24,000 nt of DNA. It comes from Firmicutes bacterium UBA995 (lineage in GTDB: Bacteria; Bacillota; Sulfobacillia; UBA995). The stretch lies in NCBI GenBank assembly GCA_002291985.1, contig DBBB01000137.1, positions 7,486 to 31,485 of the forward strand, in the 5' to 3' direction. Position 1 is the first letter of the stretch; each line of letters opens with the position of its first letter. Shown piece by piece: positions 14,113 through 21,211 of the stretch. Below the pieces are notes generated by a model. The model saw only the letters and a list, made by a program, of their open reading frames with translations. It was not told the DNA's origin and made no database searches. Position numbers and translations under genes: made by a program.

Positions 14113-15756
14113 ATGACCCTTGACCTCCTGATCGCCGGTGCGCGAGTGGTGGACGGCACCGGTAATCCCTGGTTTCGAGCCGACGTGGGGGTAGAAGCCG
14201 GCCGCATCGCGATGGTTGCGCCGCCCGGCGGGCGCCATGCCGCCCGGCGCAGGATAGACGCCGCGGATCGCGTGTTGTCTCCAGGGTTCATCGACATCCA
14301 CGGCCATTCCGACCTCAGCCTCTTCTCTTTTCCCCTGGCTCAAAGCAAGCTGCTGCAAGGAGTGACCACCGAGGTCGGAGGAAACTGCGGGTGGTCGGCG
14401 GCGCCGCTCAACCCCGATATGGAAGAGCAAGTCCGCGCCGAACACCCCCGCCCGGAGGACGTGCCGTGGGGTCTTCACAGCGTGGACCGATACCTTACCG
14501 CCCTCGGCGAGCACGGCATAGCCGTCAACTACGGCTGCCACGTGGGCCACGGCACGCTCAGGGAAGCGGTGATAGGTTCGGTGGATCGCCCCGCCAACCC
14601 TTTTGAGCTGGCGACGATGGGCCGGATGCTCGAGGGGGCCCTGGAGGCGGGGGCGATGGGCCTGTCGAGCGGCCTGATCTATGCCCCGGGCTGCTATGCC
14701 CCGCCGTCAGAACTCGAGTACCTGGCGGCCATCGCTTACCGGCGGGGCAGGCTCTATGCCAGCCACATCCGCGGCGAGGGGGATACGCTCGAGCAGGCCG
14801 TAGCCGAGGCGATAGCGGTGGGGCGGCGCGCGCGAGGACCGGTTCATATCGCCCACCACAAGGCATCCGGTCGACCCAACTGGGGCAAGGTGGCCCGGAC
14901 GCTGGCCATGGTCGACGAAGCACGGTCCCAGGGGATAGACGTCACCCTGGACCAGTACCCCTATACGGCCAGCAGCACCGACCTGAGCGCCTACTTGCCG
15001 GCCTGGGCGCGCGAGGGCGGCACCCGGATGCTGCAGCAACGTCTTGCCGATCCCCTCGTCCGTCCCCGTATCCGGGAGGAAGTGCGCCGACCGGTGGCCG
15101 AGGCGGGGGAAACGGCCGACTGGTCACTGATCCTCCTGGCTTGCGTGCGGGGACGGCGGGAATGGGAAGGACGCACCGTGCAAGAGGTAGCGGAGTTGAC
15201 GGGGACCGATCCGGTGGATGCCGTGCTTGACCTGGTGCTGGCCGAGGGAGGGACGGCGCAGGTAGTGCATTTCGGCATGTCCGAAGACGATGTGCGGCTG
15301 GTCATGCGCCACCCCGTGGTGATGATCGGTTCGGACGGCAGTTCGCTCGCCGCCGACCCCGCCTGGGGCAAGCCGCATCCCCGATCGTATGGTACCTTTG
15401 TCCGCGTACTCGGCCACTACGTCCGGGAAATGAAAGTGCTCGCGCTCGAGGCCGCGGTACACAAACTCACGGGTATGCCTGCTGCCCGGCTAGGTCTTGA
15501 CGACCGGGGGCGGATAGCGCCGGGACGCATGGCCGACCTGGTGCTGTTCGATCCGGAAATCATCGAGGCAACCGCGGGTTTCGCAGACCCCTGCCGCCAT
15601 CCCCTGGGCGTGAACCTCGTGGTGGTGAACGGCGTGATCGCCGCAGAGGACGGTGCCCCCACGGGCGCTCGACCGGGCAAGGTGCTGCGCGCCTGTTGGG
15701 CGAATTGCGGTCGGAACTTTCCGCCAGGCGGCAGGAATCTCCTGGGACCGAGTTGA
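14113..15756 (+). CDS. N-acyl-D-amino-acid deacylase (D-aminoacylase, amidohydrolase superfamily), 547 aa
   Basis: DLLIAGARVVDGTGNPWFRADVGVEAGRIAMV, LSPGFIDIHGHSD (HxH metal motif) and GVTTEVGGNCG are classic D-aminoacylase N-terminal blocks. ATG at 14113 lies 7 nt after GAGGTGG. Confidence 0.8.
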   Translation: MTLDLLIAGARVVDGTGNPWFRADVGVEAGRIAMVAPPGGRHAARRRIDAADRVLSPGFIDIHGHSDLSLFSFPLAQSKLLQGVTTEVGGNCGWSAAPLNPDMEEQVRAEHPRPEDVPWGLHSVDRYLTALGEHGIAVNYGCHVGHGTLREAVIGSVDRPANPFELATMGRMLEGALEAGAMGLSSGLIYAPGCYAPPSELEYLAAIAYRRGRLYASHIRGEGDTLEQAVAEAIAVGRRARGPVHIAHHKASGRPNWGKVARTLAMVDEARSQGIDVTLDQYPYTASSTDLSAYLPAWAREGGTRMLQQRLADPLVRPRIREEVRRPVAEAGETADWSLILLACVRGRREWEGRTVQEVAELTGTDPVDAVLDLVLAEGGTAQVVHFGMSEDDVRLVMRHPVVMIGSDGSSLAADPAWGKPHPRSYGTFVRVLGHYVREMKVLALEAAVHKLTGMPAARLGLDDRGRIAPGRMADLVLFDPEIIEATAGFADPCRHPLGVNLVVVNGVIAAEDGAPTGARPGKVLRACWANCGRNFPPGGRNLLGPS

Positions 15757-15795
15757 ACCCTGCCCACCGACCCCGAATCGGGAGGAGGGTTCTAT

Positions 15796-18264
15796 TTGTT
15801 GCGGGCACGATTGTCCCTGTTCCTTGCCGTAGCGCTGATCATGACCTTGATCGCGCCGGCGCTGGCCGAGACCCCGTGGGTTAGCCGGTCAAACCGCGAG
15901 GGGGGGGAACTGGTCTTCGTCGAGTTGACCGGGTCGTCCCTCAGTGAAGGGGGTTCCATTACCGCCCTCGATGCCGAACACGCCGCCTTCCGCCGCGAGA
16001 GTTCGCGGGCTCAACTCAGGGGCAAAGAACGTTTTCGTTATCGTTCTCTGTTCAACGGATTCTCCCTCGAGATCCCCAGTTCGGAGATCGGCGCCCTGGC
16101 CGAACTGCCCGGAGTCCGGGCGGTGTGGCCTGTCGAGCAGGTGCCCATGCCTCAGCTCGCTACCAGCCTCGACATGATCAACGCCATCGGGGCGCATCAG
16201 GAACTCGGCTATGACGGCAGAGGCGTCCTGGTCGCGGTCATCGACACCGGCATCGACTACACCCATCCCGACCTGGGTGGGGCATGGGGCAAGCGCGTTG
16301 TAGGTGGTTGGGACTTCGTGGGCGACGATTTCGATGCCGGCGACCCCGCCAGGAGGACGCCGGTCCCCGACCCTGATCCCATGGATCCCAACGGTCACGG
16401 CACCCATGTCGCCGGCATCATCGGCGCTGATGGCCGTCTGCGGGGCGTGGCGCCGGGAGTAAGCTTCCTCGCCCTCAAGGTGTTCGGGCGAACCGGCCCT
16501 ACCACGACCGATGTGATCTTGGCCGCCCTGGAGATGGCCCATGACAAGGGGGCGGACATCGTCAACATGAGCCTGGGGGCTGCCTTCCAGTGGCCGCAGC
16601 ATCCGACGGCCGTGGCGTCGGACCGCCTCGTACGCCGGGGCATCGTGGTGGTTGCCTCTCAGGGCAACAACGGCCCTCAGGGGCTGTTCGCCGGAGGTTC
16701 GCCGTCCCTCGGCAGCCAGGTGCTGTCGGTCGCAAGCTTCGACAACACTCATGGCATGCATCCCGTGTTTCGCTTGCCTGATGGCACCCCCGTGGGTTAC
16801 TCGCCCATGACCTTCTCGCCGCCCATACCCACCAGCGGGCTCAGCCCGGAAGTGGTCCATGTGGGACTGGGCAACACCGCGGCCGACTACGCCGGTCGCG
16901 ATGTGACGGGGCGAGTGGCCCTCATCCGCAGGGGCGGGGCCACCTTCGCCCACAAGGTGACGATGGCCCGGACCCACGGGGCCGCTTACGCCGTCATGTA
17001 CAACAACGTTCCCGGAATGTTCCGCGGCACGCTGGCAACGCCGGGCAACTGGCTGCCTACCATCAGCATCAGCCAAGCCGACGGCGACAAGATCAAGACC
17101 TTGCTGGCGGCGGGTCCCGTGCGCCTCACCTGGACGGCCGAGGAACTCCCCTTCCCCGTGCCGACGGGCGGGCTCATCTCGGACTTCTCGTCGTGGGGCC
17201 CCGCGCCCGATCTGACCCTGAAGCCGGACCTCGGCGCGCCCGGCGGATTCATCTACTCCACCTGGCCGGTGGCCCTGGGTGGCTACATGTCGGCCAGCGG
17301 CACCAGCATGTCCGCACCCCACGTGGCGGGCGCCGCTGCGCTCCTCCTGGAGGCCAACCCGCGGCTGCGGCCCCGGGCGGTGGGTAAGGCGCTGCTCAAC
17401 ACCGCTTCGCCTCGCCTGTGGCGGCTTGACAGGCCCTTCCTGTTGCCGGTACACCGGCAAGGGGCGGGCATGCTCGATGTCCTGGCAGCGCTGACGGCAG
17501 GGGCCACGGTGGCGCCGGCCAAGGTATCGCTGGGCGAGGTGGCCGGGCCGGTCACCTTCACCCTCGAGTTGGAGAACGAGGGGAAACACCCGGTCACCTA
17601 CACGCTGTCCCATGTGCCTACCCTGGCGACCGATCATCGCATACTCACTCCCGGCCTGACGACCGTCGCCGCCACCGCCTCTTTCCCCACCTCGATCACG
17701 CTGGCCCCCGATGACGAAGAGTCGGTGATGGTGACCATCACTCCCCCGGCAGTGGCCGGCGAGTGGTTGTTCGGCGGGTATATCCGGTTTACCCCGGACA
17801 ACGGCGGGCCGGCACTATCCGTGCCCTATCTCGGCTTTCTTGGCGACTACCAGGCGCAACCGGCCCTGGGGACGGGCGCTCCCCACCACTTCCCGTGGCT
17901 GGCCCGACTGGAAGGCGCCTCGTATTTCCGAGTTCCCAGCCTCACCATCAACCCTGCCGCCGGCGAACGCGCTTATATCCTCTACAACCTCGCCCGCCAG
18001 GCACGGAAACTGCGGATTGAAGTTCGCGACGCGGCCACCGGCCGCAACTGGGGACGCGTGCTCGACCTCGACTACGTGGGGCGGAACTCCACGGCAACTG
18101 CGTTCTTCGCGTTCGAGTGGGACGGAACCGGCCGGCGCGGGCGCTCCGTTCCCGCCGGCACTTACGTACTGGCTTTGTCGGCGTTGCGCCCCCTGGGCGA
18201 TGACGACAATCCCGCCCACTGGGATACGTGGACGTCGGGCCCCATCACCGTGGTCAGGCCCTAG
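15796..18264 (+). CDS. Secreted subtilisin-family (S8) serine protease with I9 propeptide, PA-domain insert and C-terminal Ig-like domains, 822 aa
   Basis: TTG at 15796 lies 6 nt after GGAGGAGGG. The signal peptide is MLRARLSLFLAVALIMTLIAPALA/E. The catalytic triad blocks are VIDTGIDYTHPDL (Asp), HGTHVAGI (His) and SGTSMSAPHVAGAAALL (Ser). A PA-like segment (GRVALIRRGGATFAHKV) sits between His and Ser. Confidence 0.9.
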   Translation: MLRARLSLFLAVALIMTLIAPALAETPWVSRSNREGGELVFVELTGSSLSEGGSITALDAEHAAFRRESSRAQLRGKERFRYRSLFNGFSLEIPSSEIGALAELPGVRAVWPVEQVPMPQLATSLDMINAIGAHQELGYDGRGVLVAVIDTGIDYTHPDLGGAWGKRVVGGWDFVGDDFDAGDPARRTPVPDPDPMDPNGHGTHVAGIIGADGRLRGVAPGVSFLALKVFGRTGPTTTDVILAALEMAHDKGADIVNMSLGAAFQWPQHPTAVASDRLVRRGIVVVASQGNNGPQGLFAGGSPSLGSQVLSVASFDNTHGMHPVFRLPDGTPVGYSPMTFSPPIPTSGLSPEVVHVGLGNTAADYAGRDVTGRVALIRRGGATFAHKVTMARTHGAAYAVMYNNVPGMFRGTLATPGNWLPTISISQADGDKIKTLLAAGPVRLTWTAEELPFPVPTGGLISDFSSWGPAPDLTLKPDLGAPGGFIYSTWPVALGGYMSASGTSMSAPHVAGAAALLLEANPRLRPRAVGKALLNTASPRLWRLDRPFLLPVHRQGAGMLDVLAALTAGATVAPAKVSLGEVAGPVTFTLELENEGKHPVTYTLSHVPTLATDHRILTPGLTTVAATASFPTSITLAPDDEESVMVTITPPAVAGEWLFGGYIRFTPDNGGPALSVPYLGFLGDYQAQPALGTGAPHHFPWLARLEGASYFRVPSLTINPAAGERAYILYNLARQARKLRIEVRDAATGRNWGRVLDLDYVGRNSTATAFFAFEWDGTGRRGRSVPAGTYVLALSALRPLGDDDNPAHWDTWTSGPITVVRP

Positions 18265-18481
18265 CTTCTGAACCCGGGGGGACCGGCGAGCACCGACTTG
18301 CCGGTCCCCTTCCCTTTGCCTCGAGGAAGGAACCCTTGACCTCTTCCAGGCGGCGCTCCAGCCGAGCGCTCAACTGCCCCCAGCACGATCGGCAAAAGGA
18401 CTGATTGGTGAGAGCGCGGGGCCGCAAGCGACGACAGTGCCGACAGCGCACGAACTCGGATACGTGAAGGACACGGCTCAA
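18254..18481 (-). CDS. Hypothetical small protein with a zinc-ribbon-like C-x2-C-x14-C-x2-C motif, 75 aa (doubtful)
   Basis: TTG at 18481 is preceded by GGGGGTGA. The motif is CRHCRRLRPRALTNQSFCRSCW. Arguments against: third-position GC is lower than in the confident genes, and the ORF runs through the protease terminator hairpin and overlaps the protease stop. Confidence 0.25.
   Translation of the reverse strand: MSRVLHVSEFVRCRHCRRLRPRALTNQSFCRSCWGQLSARLERRLEEVKGSFLEAKGRGPASRCSPVPPGSEARA
18278..18317 (+). terminator. Rho-independent terminator of the protease gene
   Basis: A 10-bp stem pairs GGGGACCGGC (18278-18287) with GCCGGTCCCC (18300-18309) around a 12-nt loop. It is followed by TTCCCTTT and starts 14 nt after the TAG stop. 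Confidence 0.6.
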
Positions 18482-18505
18482 CAGGTCACCCCCAACCAGT
18501 GTAAT

Positions 18506-18543
18506 TCACGTAACGTGAGCGTTCAACGGGGATGTCGAACGCT
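18506..18543. promoter_or_regulatory. Two inverted repeats (candidate operators) in the divergent region upstream of the XRE gene
   Basis: A perfect palindrome TCACGT-A-ACGTGA lies at 18506-18518. An adjacent inverted repeat pairs AGCGTTC (18518-18524) with GAACGCT (18537-18543). Both are 80-118 nt upstream of the XRE start. Confidence 0.35.
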
Positions 18544-18623
18544 TGCTTACATTTCGTGTGCTTCCTGGCTGCCCTTCCCGGCCGGTGATAGGATCGGTCT
18601 AGCACGAAGCCGGGAGGACTTGC

Positions 18624-18977
18624 TTGGGATTCACCCAGCGCCTGAAGGATCTGCGTCACCAGCGCGGACTAACCCAGCGTCAGCTCGCGGCGGTCTTCGG
18701 CTTCGCATCCAGCACGATCTCGATGTACGAGAGCGGGCGGCGAACCCCGGATCTTGACACTCTCTCCCGGCTGGCCGACTTCTTTGCCGTGTCCATCGAT
18801 TTCCTGGTACGGGACAAACCCGCCCTGCAACCCCTGCCGACCGACCTGCAGGCGTTCGTTGCCCGGGAGTCCAGCCTCCCCTATCTCGTCCTGGCGAAAG
18901 AACTCGCCGAAGGGGACCTCGACCCCGAGGAAGTTCGCGAGCTGTCGCGGGTGCTGACACGCTTGACTCGCCGCTGA
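18624..18977 (+). CDS. XRE-family helix-turn-helix transcriptional regulator, 117 aa
   Basis: LKDLRHQRGLTQRQLAAVFGFASSTISMYESGRRTPDLDTLSRLADFFAVSIDFLV is a canonical HTH_3 (Cro/C1) domain. TTG at 18624 lies 5 nt after GGGAGGA. Confidence 0.85.
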   Translation: MGFTQRLKDLRHQRGLTQRQLAAVFGFASSTISMYESGRRTPDLDTLSRLADFFAVSIDFLVRDKPALQPLPTDLQAFVARESSLPYLVLAKELAEGDLDPEEVRELSRVLTRLTRR

Positions 18978-19316
18978 TGGTGGTTCCCCCTCTCCGCCCT
19001 CCGGCATAGGTTGCCATCGTCTGCGCCCATAGCAATCGGGTGTTCTCGTTTCTCCCAATACCGGGAATGGGCGATGAGGCGGTAGGAGGTATCATCCGGA
19101 CAACCGGTCGGTTACGGGACTGGCCCTTCTGCATGGCGTTCGTATCGACCGGTCTGCAAGCACGCGAGCGCGACCTGGTAGCAACGGTACGGGGAGGAAA
19201 GCCGGTGACCCTGTGCCTGGTTGGCCAGACCACCAACGTCATCCTCACCCTGCTGGCCGCCTGGCTGTTCTTTGGCGGCGGTCTCTTGCCTCCGCTCCCT
19301 TGGCCCAGTTGGCGCG

Positions 19317-19646
19317 TTACCGGGGGGTGGCGGTGGACCCCCACTTGCCTCCCCTCTGCCCTGCCGGGAAGGTCATCCCTTGCGACGAGTGGGCATGAGG
19401 GCCCGACCATTGATGGCGCTCGACGCCCGACTCGACGCAATCAATGGTCACTTCCCAGGGAGTGCTGGAACGGATGGTGATCGCCACCCGATCGGCCCGG
19501 GGTGCAAGATCCATCGAGAGGTAGGGGACCACGCTGAAACCTACGCTGACCTGACCAGAAGCAGCAACTGTCACCCCGGTCATCACTTGCAGGACCAGCA
19601 TCAGGCCGACAAGGCAGGAGGCGGAGGCTGCCAGTCGCCGTGCCAC
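19317..19646 (-). CDS. Hypothetical secreted or membrane-anchored protein, 109 aa
   Basis: GTG at 19646 lies 7 nt after GGAGGG. The N-terminal hydrophobic signal-like segment is RRLAASASCLVGLMLVLQVMTGVTVAAS, followed by beta-rich sequence (VSVGFSVVPYLSMDL..RVAITIRSSTPWEVTID). The C-terminal third is low-complexity and overlaps a convergent ORF. I recognised no family. Confidence 0.4.
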   Translation of the reverse strand: MARRLAASASCLVGLMLVLQVMTGVTVAASGQVSVGFSVVPYLSMDLAPRADRVAITIRSSTPWEVTIDCVESGVERHQWSGPHAHSSQGMTFPAGQRGGKWGSTATPR

Positions 19647-19778
19647 TGCGATACCCTCCGGAGCGCACGCCCAAGGCTACCACCCGGCCCAATGGCCGAC
19701 AGCAAGCCCCGAGAACCGCGCGAGGCGCGTCTCCGGGAACACCTCCCGCAGGGGCGGAGGCGATGAGGTGTTCCGGTT

Positions 19779-19807
19779 AGTTTACCGCAAGTTGAGGACT
19801 GAGGCAA
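19779..19807 (-). promoter_or_regulatory. Candidate promoter for the 19646 ORF
   Basis: The minus strand reads TTGCCT (19807-19802), a 17-nt spacer, then TAAACT (19784-19779). The predicted transcript would begin at a 10-bp perfect hairpin pairing GGAACACCTC (19736-19745) with GAGGTGTTCC (19765-19774). Confidence 0.3.
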
Positions 19808-19860
19808 GAGTTTTTGGTCAAAGACTTGTCAAAGATTCGGACCAGGATGACAAGTCGAGG

Positions 19861-19879
19861 GTCCGCCCGGCTGGCGGAC
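19861..19879 (-). terminator. Stem-loop 13 nt downstream of the tRNA pair
   Basis: GTCCGCC pairs with GGCGGAC (7 bp) around a 5-nt loop. There is no clear U-tract on the minus strand. Confidence 0.3.
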
Positions 19880-19892
19880 CCTTATCCTGATC

Positions 19893-19977
19893 TGGTGTCG
19901 GGAGGGGGACTTGAACCCCCACGGGTTTCCCCATACGCCCCTCAAACGTACGCGTCTGCCAGTTCCGCCATCCCGAC
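19893..19977 (-). tRNA. tRNA-Leu (anticodon GAG), 85 nt, CCA encoded
   Basis: Hand-folded cloverleaf on the minus strand. Acceptor: GTCGGGA/TCCCGAC. D arm: GCG..CGC with a long D loop. Anticodon stem: TACGT/GCGTA with loop TT-GAG-GG. Long variable arm (TGGGGAAACCCGT, type II). T arm: GGGGG-TTCAAGT-CCCCC. Discriminator A, then CCA. Confidence 0.9.
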
Positions 19978-19988
19978 TCGTGAATATC

Positions 19989-20076
19989 TGGTGCCGAAGG
20001 TGGGATTTGAACCCACACGGGCGTTACGCCCACGGCGCCCTGAACACCGCGTGTCTGCCAGTTCCACCACTTCGGC
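19989..20076 (-). tRNA. tRNA-Leu (anticodon CAG), 88 nt, CCA encoded
   Basis: Acceptor: GCCGAAG/CTTCGGC. Anticodon stem: CGGTG/CGCCG with loop TT-CAG-GG. Long variable arm (TGGGCGTAACGCCCGT). T arm: GTGGG-TTCAAAT-CCCAC. Discriminator A, then CCA. Confidence 0.9.
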
Positions 20077-20113
20077 ACTGAGGACTTGCGTCAGGGTTGC
20101 TGGTACCGCCATC

Positions 20114-20142
20114 ATCTTAGCAGATGGGAGCGCATCTGCCAA
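20114..20142 (-). promoter_or_regulatory. Candidate sigma-A promoter of the tRNA-Leu pair
   Basis: The minus strand reads TTGGCA (20142-20137), a 17-nt spacer, then TAAGAT (20119-20114), about 38 nt upstream of the mature 5' end of tRNA-Leu(CAG). Confidence 0.5.
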
Positions 20143-20192
20143 GGGGCACCAGGGTCACCCCGGGGAATCGCTGCCACCGGCCAGCCGAGGGG

Positions 20193-20372
20193 TCATTCCA
20201 GTTGGCGGCCGTGAAGCAACCGGTAGCGTCCCGCGTCCCGGAGGACCGCCACGACGAAGCGTCGAGTCTCGCCGTAGGGGATGGACCGCACGGGAAAAAA
20301 GTCCTCTCCGACCCGATCGCCCAGCCCTTCCGCCGCGCCCGCTCCCGCACCCGGCCGATCGGCGGATGACTT
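20193..20372 (-). pseudogene. C-terminal remnant (~59 codons) of an SLT-domain lytic transglycosylase
   Basis: A minus-strand frame reads ...AEGLGDRVGEDFFPVRSIPYGETRRFVVAVLRDAGRYRLLHGRQLE*. The IPYGETRRFV..VL...Y block matches the conserved C-terminal end of SLT domains (E. coli Slt70: ESIPFSETRGYVKNVLAYDAYYRYF, from memory). The frame is closed by TGA immediately upstream (20373-20375), has no ATG, and abuts the coaE stop, so the catalytic part is absent. Confidence 0.35.
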
Positions 20373-20386
20373 TCACGCCCTCTTCT

Positions 20387-21025
20387 TCATTCAGCGAACT
20401 CTGACTGTGCCCAGCGCGCGAAGGCCACCCCCCGTGGGCACTCCTGTTCGAGCGCTAACCACCTGGCGGCAACCTGCTTGCCGGTCTCGGCCCGCGAGCC
20501 CTCGTTGTCGATCACCGCGTCGGCCACCCGCAACTTCTCGGCAAGAGGCGCCTGAGCGGCCAGCCTCAGGGCCGCCTGCTCACGGCTCAGCCCATCGCGA
20601 TGAGCCATCCTCTGAAGCTGGGATTCGGGACTGCATGCCACCACCCATACCCGGTCTACCAGGGCCGTCATCCCCGCTTCCACCAGGAGGGGGACCACCA
20701 GCACCACGGCCCAGGTCCCCTCGCGCTCGAACTGTTCGAGTTCCTCTCGCAAGCGCCGGAGGATGTGGGGGTGGGTGATGGTATCGAGACGGCGGCGGGC
20801 TGCCGCATCGCGGAATATCCTCTCGGCCAGGCGACTGCGATGAAGTGTCCCGTCCGCCACCAGCATGCCGTCGCCGAACTCGCGGACGAGATCGGGTAGC
20901 AGGCTTTCGGCCGAGTCTCGCGCCACCTGATCGGCATCCAGCACCACGGCGCCCAACTGCCGTAACATGTCGGCCACCGTGCTTTTCCCGCTGGCGATGC
21001 CGCCGGTCAAGCCCACCAGGAACAT
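20387..21025 (-). CDS. coaE: Dephospho-CoA kinase, 212 aa
   Basis: MFLVGLTGGIASGKSTVADMLRQLGAVVLDADQVAR carries the P-loop and the CoaE N-terminal block; it continues ...VVPLLVE...VIDNEGS. ATG at 21025 lies 6 nt after GGAGG. The upstream ATG at 21049 lacks an RBS. Confidence 0.9.
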   Translation of the reverse strand: MFLVGLTGGIASGKSTVADMLRQLGAVVLDADQVARDSAESLLPDLVREFGDGMLVADGTLHRSRLAERIFRDAAARRRLDTITHPHILRRLREELEQFEREGTWAVVLVVPLLVEAGMTALVDRVWVVACSPESQLQRMAHRDGLSREQAALRLAAQAPLAEKLRVADAVIDNEGSRAETGKQVAARWLALEQECPRGVAFARWAQSEFAE

Positions 21026-21047
21026 GCCCAGCCTCCTCGACGCGCCC

Positions 21048-21077
21048 ATTCTAACCGGCTTCGGCGATGCCGGTCAA
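21048..21077 (-). promoter_or_regulatory. Candidate sigma-A promoter of coaE
   Basis: The minus strand reads TTGACC (21077-21072), an 18-nt spacer, then TAGAAT (21053-21048). This leaves a short leader of ~16 nt that contains the RBS. Confidence 0.5.
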
Positions 21078-21078
21078 C

Positions 21079-21142
21079 GGGGAAACTTCACGGGGAAAAC
21101 ATGCAGGGGAAAACATGCCGTTCACAAGGGGAAAACATGCCG
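21079..21142. repeat. Direct-repeat array: GGGGAAAACATGC x3 (perfect) plus one degenerate copy
   Basis: GGGGAAACTTCAC lies at 21079-21091. GGGGAAAACATGC lies at 21092-21104, 21106-21118 and 21128-21140; the last two extend to the identical 15-mer GGGGAAAACATGCCG. The array fills exactly the space between the two divergent -35 boxes. Confidence 0.8.
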
Positions 21143-21143
21143 G

Positions 21144-21173
21144 TTGCCTGCGGTCAGGCAACCATGCTATAAT
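21144..21173 (+). promoter_or_regulatory. Candidate sigma-A promoter of the FMN riboswitch-ribU transcript
   Basis: TTGCCT (21144-21149), an 18-nt spacer, then TATAAT (21168-21173). The -35 box is part of a perfect palindrome, TTGCCTG-cggt-CAGGCAA (21144-21161). Confidence 0.55.
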
Positions 21174-21211
21174 CACGGCGACGTCTGGTTGATAACCCTC
21201 CAACTGAAAAG

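Noticed and set aside
15889-17637. 582-aa minus-strand ORF, the longest unassigned ORF in the track
   Set aside because: It is entirely antisense to the well-supported S8 protease gene. It is extremely R/G/P/H-rich with no motifs. It is a typical shadow ORF of a high-GC coding region.
18631-19440. 269-aa minus-strand ORF, together with the 129-aa ORF at 18669-19058
   Set aside because: Both are strongly R/P/G-rich and antisense to the XRE gene over a third of their length. They lack an RBS and recognisable motifs.
19814-20404. 196-aa plus-strand ORF, together with minus-strand ORFs at 19818-20078 and 19942-20142
   Set aside because: They run straight through the two tRNA-Leu genes. The WWNWQTR-type peptides are the usual translation artefact of tRNA sequence.
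21079-21142. Repeat array considered as a mini-CRISPR or minisatellite
   Set aside because: The units are only 13-15 nt with spacers of 0-9 nt, there are no cas genes, and the array sits in a promoter region. It is reported as a possible regulatory repeat instead.
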